A DNA stretch of 64,000 bases from the NCBI GenBank assembly GCA_003165465.1, contig PLUM01000099.1, positions 25,022-89,021 of the forward strand, given 5' to 3'. Positions 29,538 through 38,626 of this stretch are shown in pieces (the first letter of the stretch is position 1; each line of letters opens with the position of its first letter). The stretch comes from Acidobacteriota bacterium (GTDB lineage: Bacteria > Acidobacteriota > Terriglobia > Acidiferrales > UBA7541). Below the pieces are notes generated by a model, which saw only the letters and a program-made list of their open reading frames with translations, did not search any database and was not told the DNA's origin. The position numbers and the translations under genes are program-made.

Positions 29538-29966
29538 GTGAATGAACTTCAACAGAGGATTTTTTCACAGAAACAAGAAGATAGCTCCTCTGACCCGTTG
29601 GAGCGGCGCCGCGAACCTCGCGTCCAAACGAACCGGATGGTCTACGTGCAACCCGTCAATCCGGAAGGCGGGAATTTCGAGGAAGTTCGCACCATGAAGG
29701 ACTTCAGCCGCAGCGGGTTCTACTTCATTACGGGTAGGGATTTCTACCAGCCTGGTGATCATTTGCACGTGGTGCCGGCGTTTGGCTGCCTGAATCTGGA
29801 GCATTTGGGCGAGGTGGTGCGTGTCGAGCAGTTGCAGTTCGGAGAGTTCGGAGTCGCTGTACGCCTATTGCGCGTCGAGAATCTGGTGGCCAACACGCAC
29901 TCGACGGCCATGTCGGCGTTCGAAGCATTTGCGCTGGCGGAAAGCCCTACGGCAGACCCTTCGTAA
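29538..29966 (+). CDS. PilZ domain protein (c-di-GMP receptor candidate)
   Basis: RxxxR (RREPR) and DxSxxG (DFSRSG) motifs at canonical spacing. AAGGGAG SD before GTG 29538 (ATG 29541 is an alternative). Confidence 0.7.
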   Translation: MNELQQRIFSQKQEDSSSDPLERRREPRVQTNRMVYVQPVNPEGGNFEEVRTMKDFSRSGFYFITGRDFYQPGDHLHVVPAFGCLNLEHLGEVVRVEQLQFGEFGVAVRLLRVENLVANTHSTAMSAFEAFALAESPTADPS

Positions 29967-30029
29967 TCCCATTCAACTTCAACGCTTTTTTTTCACGAGA
30001 TTGAAAAGATGAGGGGAAGCCGTTTTCTT

Positions 30030-30100
30030 GTAGCGCGGGCTTCAGCCTGTGGGGTTTGTACTTGCAAGAACTAAACCCCGCAGGCTGAGGCCCGCGCTAC
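30030..30100. repeat. REPIN-like doublet, family A (symmetric subtype)
   Basis: GTAGCGCGGGCTTCAGCCTGTGGGGTTTG ... CTAAACCCCGCAGGCTGAGGCCCGCGCTAC. Confidence 0.85.
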
Positions 30101-30134
30101 TGTAACTTGTATGTCGAAGTCTTTTGCTCAGCCG

Positions 30135-30734
30135 TTACAGCGCCCCGCCCGCAAGCCATTTTTTTCCCAACGCATACAGCGCATCGGCGTCGGGACCTTT
30201 CAGCCCTGGCATGTCCGTCTTGACTTTGAAGCCGAGTCCCGATTGCAGGTAGGCCAGGTGGCGGTAGCCTTCGGGGAACTGGGCCAGGATTTTCGGGTCC
30301 AGTTGCACGGTTTTCGAAGGATCGAGCGGATCCATGCGGTCTTTTTCGTAAAAGAGACGTCGCAAGACGATGGCCCAGCGGTCGTTGCGTTTTTCGAAGA
30401 AATCGTAGAAGCGGCCTGTGCACAGGACGTCCACCATGACGTCATGCACCGGAGCGCGCTGCGAAATCGTCATCTTTGTTTGCGCAATTGCGCGTGCCCC
30501 CGTGATCTCGACTGACGTGCCGCCCAGCAAGTGCAGGATGCTAACGCCCTTGTCCCAGCCTTCCTTGTTCACGCGGATGAATTCCTCGAAAGGCCCCTGG
30601 AACCACGTCGCCATCATGACGCCTTCCTCATGCCAGACGCTGCGGAAGCGCTCCCAGTCGCCGGAGTCGCGAAAGACAGCCCAGTTTTCGACAACCTCTT
30701 TGATCGTCAGGGTGTCGAGCATTCGTTGATCCAT
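30135..30734 (-). CDS. NTF2 family (SnoaL-like) protein
   Basis: 199-aa ORF with GGAGG SD and an NTF2-like pattern (VENWAVFRDSGDWERF...). No signal peptide. Confidence 0.65.
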   Translation of the reverse strand: MDQRMLDTLTIKEVVENWAVFRDSGDWERFRSVWHEEGVMMATWFQGPFEEFIRVNKEGWDKGVSILHLLGGTSVEITGARAIAQTKMTISQRAPVHDVMVDVLCTGRFYDFFEKRNDRWAIVLRRLFYEKDRMDPLDPSKTVQLDPKILAQFPEGYRHLAYLQSGLGFKVKTDMPGLKGPDADALYALGKKWLAGGAL

Positions 30735-30750
30735 GGTGTTGCCTCCGGGT

Positions 30751-30896
30751 GGTGACTGGTGACTAGTGACCGGTGACTGGTGATTCGTAAATCGTGATTC
30801 GTGACTTGTGCCAGGAATATTTGATTAACGATCTTTTCCGAGTGGGACAGTGTCCGGTGCTTTTCACCAGTCACCGGTCACTAGTCACCAGTCACC
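30751..30896. repeat. family H element: perfect 33-bp inverted repeats built from heptamer tandem repeats
   Basis: GGTGACTGGTGACTAGTGACCGGTGACTGGTGA (30751-30783) and its exact reverse complement (30864-30896). The heptamer array continues to about 30812. Confidence 0.9.
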
Positions 30897-30900
30897 GACA

Positions 30901-31617
30901 TTATCCTTTCACGTGCAGCGCGAGAAACTTGAGCGCGATCTCCCACGCCTGCTTCGCTGCGGATTCCTTGTAGCTGGCGCGCGCGTCGCAGAAAAATCCG
31001 TGGTCGGCGTTCGAAAATTCGACGCTCATGAAAGGTTTCTTCGCCGCTTTCATGGCGTCGAGGGTTGCGCGAGCCTGATCCAGCGGGATGAGTGGATCAA
31101 GGCCTCCCCAGAAGAACAGGACCGGCCCATGCTGTTGCGCGGCGCGTGGCAACAGCGCCGGAACGATTCCTCCGCCGTAGAATGAAATCGCCGCCTTCAG
31201 GGGAATCGCCGAATTGGCCACGAACGAGGCGCGGCCGCCCATGCAGAAACCAAGGCCGGCAATCGCGTTCGGAATTACGCGAGGATTCTTTTGCAGCCAG
31301 TCGAAAGCCGCGCGCGCATCGGCTATCAAGCCGTCCGGCGTGAGCGCCTGGGCATGCGGCATACAGGCCGGCAAATTCGTATACGCTTCCTCGAATCCGG
31401 GCGCCGTGCGGTGAAAAAGTTCCGGTGCGATGGCGACATAGCCCTGCCGCGCGAAGCGCTCCGCGATATCGCGGATGTTCGCATTTACGCCGAAGATTTC
31501 CTGAAACACGAGCAAGCCTGGGGCCTTCGCGCCCTCGGACGGGCTTGCGATGTAGGCGTTCATGGACGTTCCATCCGCCACTTGCAGAGTAATCTTTTCC
31601 GTGCGTATCGCTTCCAT
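30901..31617 (-). CDS. dienelactone hydrolase family protein
   Basis: DLH pattern (GLLVFQEIFGVN, GFCMGG nucleophile elbow, ADHGF). GAGGA SD. Confidence 0.85.
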   Translation of the reverse strand: MEAIRTEKITLQVADGTSMNAYIASPSEGAKAPGLLVFQEIFGVNANIRDIAERFARQGYVAIAPELFHRTAPGFEEAYTNLPACMPHAQALTPDGLIADARAAFDWLQKNPRVIPNAIAGLGFCMGGRASFVANSAIPLKAAISFYGGGIVPALLPRAAQQHGPVLFFWGGLDPLIPLDQARATLDAMKAAKKPFMSVEFSNADHGFFCDARASYKESAAKQAWEIALKFLALHVKG

Positions 31618-31713
31618 CGGTTTGTCCTCGCGTATCGGCCTGAGCGGAGCCGAGACATCATATCCATTTTTCAGGCAGGCTCCAAGATGTAGTACGTTTG
31701 TTATTTGATGAAA

Positions 31714-31738
31714 GGCCGCAGGCTGAAGCCCGCGCTAC
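31714..31738. repeat. single REP, family A (half element)
   Basis: GGCCGCAGGCTGAAGCCCGCGCTAC, abutting the AKR stop codon. A possible degenerate partner arm lies at about 31689. Confidence 0.7.
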
Positions 31739-32778
31739 TATCCCTGCGCGGCAGGTTTTTCGCTGTCCAGCCAGCGCATCTGTTCTTCGGCGTAGCGAGT
31801 TCCCGCGACGGCGTTCGTCGGGATTGCGCGTTCGATCTGGGCCAGGTCCTCGGGCGTCAATTTCAGGTCGAGCGCCTTAAGCGATTCGGCTAACTGAGTG
31901 CGTTTCCGCGCGCCGATGATTGGCACAATGTTCGAGCCGCGGGACATGACCCACGCGATGGCCACTTGCGAAGACGTTGCATTCTTGCTCGTGGCAATCG
32001 CATTCAGTGTATTGACCAGCGATTGATTTTTCTCGTAATTTTCGCCGCGAAACCGGGGCATGTGCCTGCGAATGTCCTTTGGCGAAGTTACCGGCGATCC
32101 CGAGAGCAGACCGCGCGACAGCACGCCGTAGGCGGTGACGCCCATGCCGAGTTCGCGGGCGGCGGGCAGGATGGTTGCCTCCGCGCCGCGGCTCACGAGC
32201 GAATATTCGATCTGGAGGGCAACGATTGGCGCCGTTTTCGACGCACGGCGAATCGAGGCGGCGGACGCTTCGGAAATTCCGATGTGGCGCACGTAGCCGG
32301 CCTTGACGAGATCGGCGAGCGCTCCCCAGGTGTCTTCGATCGGGGTGCGCGCATCAACGCGCGACGGCTGATAGAGGTCAATGTAATCGGTTCCCAGGCG
32401 GCGCAGGCTGTAGGCGAGGAAGTTTTTTACGGCTTCGGGGCGTACATCGTAACCGTTGAACGAGCCGTCCGGTCCGCGCATGGCGCCGAATTTCACGGCG
32501 AGGAACACATCCTTGCGCCGACCTTCGATGGCGCGACGGATCAGCATTTCGTTGTGGCCCATGCCGTAGAAGTCGCCGGTATCGAGCATGGTGATGCCCG
32601 CGTCGAGCGCGGCGTGAATCGTGGCGATGCTTTCGGATTCGTCCGAGGGGCCGTACATGTCGGACATGGCCATGCAGCCGAGGCCGATTTGCGAAACAAG
32701 AGGTCCATTGAGTCCCAGTGGTATGGTATTCACGTTTGCCGAATCCTTCCGACGAGCCGAAAAATCATGCCGACCCAT
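31738..32778 (-). CDS. aldo/keto reductase
   Basis: AKR motifs (GLGCMAMS, DTGDFYG, KFG, IPIIGARK). The start is uncertain: ATG 32778 or GTG 32733 (GGAAGGA SD). The ORF-track start 33057 would overlap the divergent aroB and is rejected. Confidence 0.85.
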   Translation of the reverse strand: MGRHDFSARRKDSANVNTIPLGLNGPLVSQIGLGCMAMSDMYGPSDESESIATIHAALDAGITMLDTGDFYGMGHNEMLIRRAIEGRRKDVFLAVKFGAMRGPDGSFNGYDVRPEAVKNFLAYSLRRLGTDYIDLYQPSRVDARTPIEDTWGALADLVKAGYVRHIGISEASAASIRRASKTAPIVALQIEYSLVSRGAEATILPAARELGMGVTAYGVLSRGLLSGSPVTSPKDIRRHMPRFRGENYEKNQSLVNTLNAIATSKNATSSQVAIAWVMSRGSNIVPIIGARKRTQLAESLKALDLKLTPEDLAQIERAIPTNAVAGTRYAEEQMRWLDSEKPAAQG

Positions 32779-32924
32779 CTTACGGTATGGGAGTGCGGGA
32801 TTAAAAGCGGCGCGTAACGGCGGGTGCAGGAATTGTCTTTGTATCTCTTGGCGGCGCGCCATTTGTGTTACATTTTTTGAGGTTTGAAGAAGTGTCCACC
32901 AAGACGCATTGTTGAAGAAAACGG

Positions 32925-34043
32925 ATGAAGAGAATATCGGTACAGGCTGCGAACGGAACATATGAAGTGCTGTGCGGGCGAGGCGCGCTGCGGGAGTTGC
33001 CGCACGTCGTGTCACGCATCCGGCAGGAGGGCGCGGTGTTTGTGGTTTCGTCGCCACGCGTGTGGCGGCATTGCGGGGCGCGTGTCGAAAAGCTGCTTGG
33101 GGGAACGCGCCGCGCCACGATTTTGATGAATGACGCGGAAACAGCCAAGAATCTTTCCACCGTGGAGCGCGCCTGCCGCCATCTGGTTCGCGCGGGCGCG
33201 GATCGCCGCGCGCTGATCGTTGCCGTTGGAGGAGGAGTCGTCGGCGACGTGGCCGGATTCGTCGCGGCGAGCTACGCGCGTGGAATCGCGCTGATCCACA
33301 TTCCCACGACCGTTGTGGCGCAAGTCGACAGCGCCCTTGGCGGCAAGACTGGCGTAAATCTTCCGGAAGGGAAGAATCTGGTGGGCGCGTTTTACCCGCC
33401 GAAGGGCGTTGTGGCCGATCCGGAATTGCTGAGCACGCTGCCGCCGCGTGAATTCCGGTCGGGAATCTACGAGATTGTAAAATACGGCGTGATCGGCGAC
33501 GTGAAACTATTCGAGTTTCTGGAAAAGAATATGGAAAAGGTTTTGCGCCGGGATCGAGCCGCCCTTGGCTACGTGATCGAGCGTTCGATCGCGCAAAAGG
33601 CCCGTGTTGTTTCCGAGGATGAGCATGAATCGGGCTTGCGCGAAATCCTGAACTTCGGCCACACTTTCGCGCACGCCCTCGAAAGCGTCACGCGCTACCG
33701 GAAATATCTGCACGGCGAGGCGGTTGGCTGGGGGATGATCGCGGCGGCGCGGCTGGCTGTCGAGATGGGAATGTTTTCGTCGCGTGACGAGGATCGAGTC
33801 GCAAGCGTGACTGCGCGCGTCGGGCCGTTGCCGGCTTGGCCGTCGATTCCCGCCGCGAAGCTGATTGCCGCGATGCAGGCGGACAAGAAAACGCGCGCAG
33901 GGCGATTGCGCTTTGTGTTGCCGGAACGTATCGGCACGGTCCGATGCGGGGTCGAAGCTGAAGCGGAAGTGCTGGCGCGTGTTTTGCGCGCGTGCGCCGG
34001 CGGAGCAGTGCAAACGAAGGCCGCAAAGAGCCGCCGCAAATGA
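32925..34043 (+). CDS. aroB: 3-dehydroquinate synthase
   Basis: GGGVVGDVAGF, PTTVVAQVDSALGGKTGVN, FGHTFAHALE. Confidence 0.9.
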   Translation: MKRISVQAANGTYEVLCGRGALRELPHVVSRIRQEGAVFVVSSPRVWRHCGARVEKLLGGTRRATILMNDAETAKNLSTVERACRHLVRAGADRRALIVAVGGGVVGDVAGFVAASYARGIALIHIPTTVVAQVDSALGGKTGVNLPEGKNLVGAFYPPKGVVADPELLSTLPPREFRSGIYEIVKYGVIGDVKLFEFLEKNMEKVLRRDRAALGYVIERSIAQKARVVSEDEHESGLREILNFGHTFAHALESVTRYRKYLHGEAVGWGMIAAARLAVEMGMFSSRDEDRVASVTARVGPLPAWPSIPAAKLIAAMQADKKTRAGRLRFVLPERIGTVRCGVEAEAEVLARVLRACAGGAVQTKAAKSRRK

Positions 34044-34804
34044 TACCCACATCCGAGAGCGGCGTTCCCGGCACGCGCCCGGAAGGCGTGCGGGACGAAA
34101 GGGAAGCGGCGGCCCACGTCCGGGAAATGTTTGGCCGCATTGCGCCACGGTATGACCTGCTGAATCATCTCCTTTCGCTCGACATAGATAAGATGTGGCG
34201 ACGTCGCGTGGCCAGGCGATTCCGGGAAACCCTGGGCAATCCGGCGGCGCGGGTGCTCGATCTATGTTGTGGAACGGGCGATCTGGCGTTGGCCTTTTGC
34301 AAACATGCGGCGGGCGGCGCGGAGATTACGGGCTCCGATTTCGTTCCGGAAATGCTCGTTCGCGCGCGTGCCAAAGCCGCGGCATCGGGCGCACGCGTTA
34401 CATTCGTCGAGGCGGATGCGCTGGCTCTTCCGTTTGGCGATGAAAGTTTCGATTTGGTTTCCTGCTCGTTTGGATTTCGAAATCTGGCGAACTACGAGCG
34501 CGGATTACTGGAGATATGGCGTGTTCTGAAGCCAGGAGGCGCCGCGGCAATTCTGGAATTTGCCGAGCCTCGCGGAAAAATATTCGGGAGCCTGTACCGT
34601 TTTTATTTTCGGCGAGTGCTTCCGCGCCTTGGGGCTCTGATTTCGGGCAACGGGTCCGCGTACACATATCTGCCGAGTTCCGTCAGCAAATTTCCCTCTC
34701 CGGAAACGCTGCAAGCACAATTCGCGAAGGCCGGGTATACGGATGCGCGGTTCGAGCGCTGGACTGGCGGGATTGTTACGCTGCATATCGCGAGGAAGGC
34801 GTAG
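34040..34804 (+). CDS. ubiE: demethylmenaquinone / ubiquinone biosynthesis C-methyltransferase (UbiE/MenG family)
   Basis: YDLLNHLLSLDIDKMWRR and LDLCCGTGD SAM motif. The start is set at ATG 34040, overlapping the aroB TGA (ATGA). The ORF-track maximum is 33992. Confidence 0.9.
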   Translation: MIPTSESGVPGTRPEGVRDEREAAAHVREMFGRIAPRYDLLNHLLSLDIDKMWRRRVARRFRETLGNPAARVLDLCCGTGDLALAFCKHAAGGAEITGSDFVPEMLVRARAKAAASGARVTFVEADALALPFGDESFDLVSCSFGFRNLANYERGLLEIWRVLKPGGAAAILEFAEPRGKIFGSLYRFYFRRVLPRLGALISGNGSAYTYLPSSVSKFPSPETLQAQFAKAGYTDARFERWTGGIVTLHIARKA

Positions 34805-34935
34805 CGGTGCTTGATAGCACAGCTTCAGAGCTTGTGTGGCAATTCGACTTCGAAAGAGCCAGCGGCTAAAGCCGCATTGATATTGCACACTTGACGGCAC
34901 GGCTGAAGCCGTGCCCTACAAAGATTTGGCCGTTG
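34801..34935. repeat. composite palindromic element, family B
   Basis: GTAGCGG..CACAGCTTCAGAGCTTGTGTGGCAATTC ... CGGCTAAAGCCG ... GGCACGGCTGAAGCCGTGCCCTACAAAGATTTGGCCGTTGCCA. Confidence 0.8.
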
Positions 34936-35015
34936 CCATACAGGCTCTTCAGCCTGTGCGGTTTTGATTTGTGACAAGGGAAAGTCAAAAGAACACAGGC
35001 TGAAGCCTGTGCTAC
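34936..35015. repeat. REPIN-like doublet, family A
   Basis: CATACAGGCTCTTCAGCCTGTGCGG ... GAAAGTCAAAAGAACACAGGCTGAAGCCTGTGCTAC. Directly abuts a family B element. Confidence 0.85.
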
Positions 35016-35018
35016 GGG

Positions 35019-36407
35019 TCAGTTTTCCAATCCTAGAAGGCGAATCTTATTCAACAGAGTTTTGTAGGAAACTCCGAGCAGTTCGGCGGCGCGGGTTTTA
35101 TTCCATTTCGAGGATTTCAGCGCGGATTCGATCTTGAATCGCTCGACGTATTCCACCGCGCGAGTGCCCACTTCCTGCAGCGTGCCGCTCCAATCGAAGG
35201 CTTCCACGAGCATTCCCGGGGGCATATCGCCATCGGGCGGCCGAGGAGCGGGGAGTTGCAGGTCAGCTGCTTCGATGGTCTCGGAGTCCGTGAGGATAGC
35301 GGCGCGCTCGATGGTGTTCTGAAGTTCGCGGACATTGCCGGGCCAGGAATAGCCGCGCATCGCGGCGTGGGCGCTGGGTGCGAATTTGAGGTTTGGCTTG
35401 CGAAATTCCGTGCGGAAGCGTTCGAGGAAATGCTCCGCCAGCAGGATGACATCGTCGCCGCGCTCGCTGAGAGCGGGAATCGTGATGGGAACGGCGGCAA
35501 TGCGGAAGTACAAATCCTCGCGAAAGGTTTTGGACGCGACGGCTTCGTGAAGATCCTTATTGGTGGCGGCAAGGATGCGGACGTCGATATCGACGAGTTG
35601 CGTTCCGCCGACGCGCTCGAAGCTCCGCTCTTCCAGCACACGCAAGAGTTTCGCCTGCGTGGCGAGTGGAAGCTCGGCGATTTCATCCAAAAAAATCGTG
35701 CCGCGATTGGCCAGTTCCATTTTGCCGATCTTGCGCGAACCGGCGCCGGTGTACGCGCCGCGCTCGTGGCCGAACAGTTCGTTCTCAACGAGGCCCTCGG
35801 GGATCGCCGCGCAGTTCAGCGCAATAAAGGAGTGCTCCCGCCTCGGGGAAAGATGATGGACCGCCCGGGCGAACAATTCCTTGCCCGTGCCGCTTTGCCC
35901 GAGCAGAAGAACGGTGGAATCCGTGGCGGCCACGCGTTGCACCTGGTGCGTCGCATCCTGCATGGATTTGTGTTCGCCGACGATTCGCGGAAATCCGTAT
36001 CGTTCCGCGTATTCTTCGCGCAGAAGAAGATTCTCACGCAGAAGTTCCTGTTGCTGGGAGGCGCGCTCGACCAGCAGATTCAGGTGCTCCAGGTCCACGG
36101 GCTTCTGGATGAAATCGTAAGCGCCTTCCTTCATCGCGGTGACGGCTTCTTCCACTGAACCGTAAGCGGTGATCAGGATGACGGGGATGGTCGGGTCAGC
36201 CTCCTTGGTTTCGCGGAGGACTTCAAGTCCCGAGCAGCCTGGAAGTTTCAGGTCCGTTAGAACGAGCATGTAGCGGCGGGCGCGCACCTTGGCCACGGCG
36301 GAAGTGCCGTCGGGCGCTTCGTCCACCGCATGTCCGGCGCGCTCCAGTGCTTTCCGGAGCATGGCGCGCAGCTCAGGTTTGTCTTCGACGAGAAGGAGAG
36401 GTTCCAT
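35019..36407 (-). CDS. sigma-54-dependent Fis-family response regulator (NtrC/PilR-like)
   Basis: REC domain, AAA+ with GQSGTGKE Walker A and GAYTGA (GAFTGA variant), and a C-terminal Fis HTH (AAELLGVSYKTLLNKI). Confidence 0.92.
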   Translation of the reverse strand: MEPLLLVEDKPELRAMLRKALERAGHAVDEAPDGTSAVAKVRARRYMLVLTDLKLPGCSGLEVLRETKEADPTIPVILITAYGSVEEAVTAMKEGAYDFIQKPVDLEHLNLLVERASQQQELLRENLLLREEYAERYGFPRIVGEHKSMQDATHQVQRVAATDSTVLLLGQSGTGKELFARAVHHLSPRREHSFIALNCAAIPEGLVENELFGHERGAYTGAGSRKIGKMELANRGTIFLDEIAELPLATQAKLLRVLEERSFERVGGTQLVDIDVRILAATNKDLHEAVASKTFREDLYFRIAAVPITIPALSERGDDVILLAEHFLERFRTEFRKPNLKFAPSAHAAMRGYSWPGNVRELQNTIERAAILTDSETIEAADLQLPAPRPPDGDMPPGMLVEAFDWSGTLQEVGTRAVEYVERFKIESALKSSKWNKTRAAELLGVSYKTLLNKIRLLGLEN

Positions 36408-36544
36408 CGATAGTCTTGTATCACGATTGTGACTTATATCGTGATTTCAGTTCACGGAGCGATTGTACACGCGTTCCTGCGTGGAGTGCATTTTAGGCGA
36501 TTCGCGACGACGGGACGAATCGTCGCGAGGGTCCGGGAAAGTTA

Positions 36545-37198
36545 TTATTGCTGCGCCGGCTGTGCCGGGGCTGCCGCGGGAGTCTCCCAGCCCGGATCGC
36601 CCCCTGCCTTGCGCAAACCATCTTCAAGGTCGGAAATGTCGGTCTTGTCCTGCGCGACCACCACCGTTTTCTCATCGATCTTCGTTTTCGAATCGTTCAA
36701 GTCCTGACGGGAATATGATTCCTTCAGCGAAGCCATCGGGTCGGTATAAAACTGCTGCTGCTTCAGGTTGTACTCGCGCTGCATGATGTCCAGCTCGTGC
36801 TGGTCGTCGGCGAGTTTCTTGTTCGCGTCGGTAAATTTCTTGCGCCAGTAGCCTTCGTCTTTTTTTTCTCCTTGTTTTTCTTCCGGAGCCTCGGCGGTCG
36901 TTTTTTTCTCTTCGGTGGCCGCGATCTCCGGCTTTTTCTGTTCCTCAATTGTTTTCTTGGCTGTGGTTTCGGGCGCGGCAGGCGCCTCGCCCATGATGTT
37001 GATGGTGCCCGTCAGCGTATCCAGGTTATCGTTGGTGAGCACTCTTTTGGGCTTGGGAGCGTTCTTTTTATCCGCCTGGGCTTTCCGAGCGGCATCCGCG
37101 ACGCTGTCCTGGCTCTGATCCTGCTGAGCCGCGAGATAGGCTGGGGATGCGATCATCGCGCATCCCAACGCCAGTGTGAGAAGATTTTTTGTCATCAT
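36545..37198 (-). CDS. hypothetical exported K/E/Q-rich protein
   Basis: Signal peptide (AYLAAQQ) followed by a low-complexity charged region and a coiled-coil-like C-terminal half. Lies between the kinase and regulator genes on the same strand. Confidence 0.6.
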   Translation of the reverse strand: MMTKNLLTLALGCAMIASPAYLAAQQDQSQDSVADAARKAQADKKNAPKPKRVLTNDNLDTLTGTINIMGEAPAAPETTAKKTIEEQKKPEIAATEEKKTTAEAPEEKQGEKKDEGYWRKKFTDANKKLADDQHELDIMQREYNLKQQQFYTDPMASLKESYSRQDLNDSKTKIDEKTVVVAQDKTDISDLEDGLRKAGGDPGWETPAAAPAQPAQQ

Positions 37199-37249
37199 TT
37201 TATTTAGCCGCCTTTCAAAGGGAAGATGGCGGAACTCAACATCTTTAGT

Positions 37250-38623
37250 TTAGATGCGAGCCCCGGCCGAATCAACGGTTCTGACGTTTTCGCGTTCAAA
37301 TGGTAACCATACGACAAACTCAGCCCCACCGAGTTGCTGGTTGCGAGCCTCGACCGATCCGCCATGCTGAACGATAATTTTTTGGACGACCGCCAGGCCC
37401 AGACCGGTACCATGAGCCTTGGTCGTGTAAAAGGGCATAAAAATTCTGGTCAGTGATTCCGCCGGGATGCCTGGTCCGTTATCGGAAATAAGTATTCTCT
37501 GTCCCTGGAGCGATCCGGAGTTGTCAATTTCACCGCGAATGATCACGCGCCCTCCGGCCGGATTATCGGCGGCGGCTTCTCCGGCATTGCGCGCCAGATT
37601 CAGAATTGCCTGCCGCAACAGGGCGTCGTCTCCCGAGACATGGCCAAATTCTCCCACGATGGAGAAAGGAACTCCCGGCACGGCCTCGCCGATTTCCGCC
37701 ACGATCTGTTCGATCATCGGGGTGAGGGAGACTTGTTCGTCGGCGAGTTCCAGTGGCCGCGCAAACTTTAGAAATTCGGTGACGACGTGCGTTATGGATC
37801 TCGTCTGCCGGAGAATGAGTTCGCTGTGCTCGTGCAAATCGGTGCCGGGCTGGGACTCGCTCCGAATCATTTGCGCGTAGCCGGAAATGGTCGCGAGCGC
37901 ATTCTTGAATTCATGCGCGATGCCGGCGGAAAGCTCGCCGAGCGCGGCCAGATTTTCCTTGGTGTGAATCTGCTTTTGCAGCGCGGCAAGTTCGGTCAGG
38001 TCGCTCAACAGGCAAATGGCCCCGGTAATTTCATTCGCGTTGTTCTGGATCGGGGAAATCGTCACGCCCAGCTGCCGCAAATCGCTCGAAGGCGCCAGAT
38101 ATTCGATTTCCTCGCGGCGAAACGTGCGGCCTTCTTTCAGGCATTCGGCGACCAGTTCCGTGAGGCGCGATCTGGCTCCGAGAACTTCGCTGTACCGGCG
38201 GTAGGCAAGGGATTGCACGCCGAGGGCGGCTTCGGCCGCGGGATTGGCGCTGGTGACGATGCCGGCGGAATTCACCAGCAGCAGACCGGCGGGCATGTTG
38301 CGCGTGACCGCTTCGCTCAAGCGTTCGGTTTGTTGCGCGCGTTCGCGTTCGGCGCGATGCAGGGCTTCGAGCTCTTTTTCCTGTTCCTTGAGTTTTTTGA
38401 TGACGGCTTGCATGGAGGCCGTCATGAACGCCGTGGGATTGTCACTGCGCGGTGATTCCGCGCCGGAACGATCCTTCGATTGTATCCCGCGGCGGAAGTA
38501 ACGGCGCGCCATGATCACCGCGGCGACTCCCGCGATCATCATGGCAATCAGAAGAGCTCCCGACAGAGCCCACAGCGAGTTGAGTGTGGGAGCCGCGGCC
38601 GCAAATAAGAATTCATGGTTCAC
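37250..38623 (-). CDS. sensor histidine kinase (TM-PAS-HisKA-HATPase)
   Basis: H-box AGIAHEFKNAL, N-box LARNAGEA, G-boxes DNGPGIP and GTGLGLAV. One N-terminal membrane segment and no sizeable periplasmic domain. Confidence 0.9.
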   Translation of the reverse strand: MNHEFLFAAAAPTLNSLWALSGALLIAMMIAGVAAVIMARRYFRRGIQSKDRSGAESPRSDNPTAFMTASMQAVIKKLKEQEKELEALHRAERERAQQTERLSEAVTRNMPAGLLLVNSAGIVTSANPAAEAALGVQSLAYRRYSEVLGARSRLTELVAECLKEGRTFRREEIEYLAPSSDLRQLGVTISPIQNNANEITGAICLLSDLTELAALQKQIHTKENLAALGELSAGIAHEFKNALATISGYAQMIRSESQPGTDLHEHSELILRQTRSITHVVTEFLKFARPLELADEQVSLTPMIEQIVAEIGEAVPGVPFSIVGEFGHVSGDDALLRQAILNLARNAGEAAADNPAGGRVIIRGEIDNSGSLQGQRILISDNGPGIPAESLTRIFMPFYTTKAHGTGLGLAVVQKIIVQHGGSVEARNQQLGGAEFVVWLPFERENVRTVDSAGARI

Positions 38624-38626
38624 GAG

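Noticed and set aside
30751-30812. Heptamer (and 9-/10-bp) tandem arrays considered as a CRISPR array or minisatellite
   Set aside because: The units are far too short, there are no unique spacers, no cas genes are nearby, and the arrays are parts of inverted-repeat arms.
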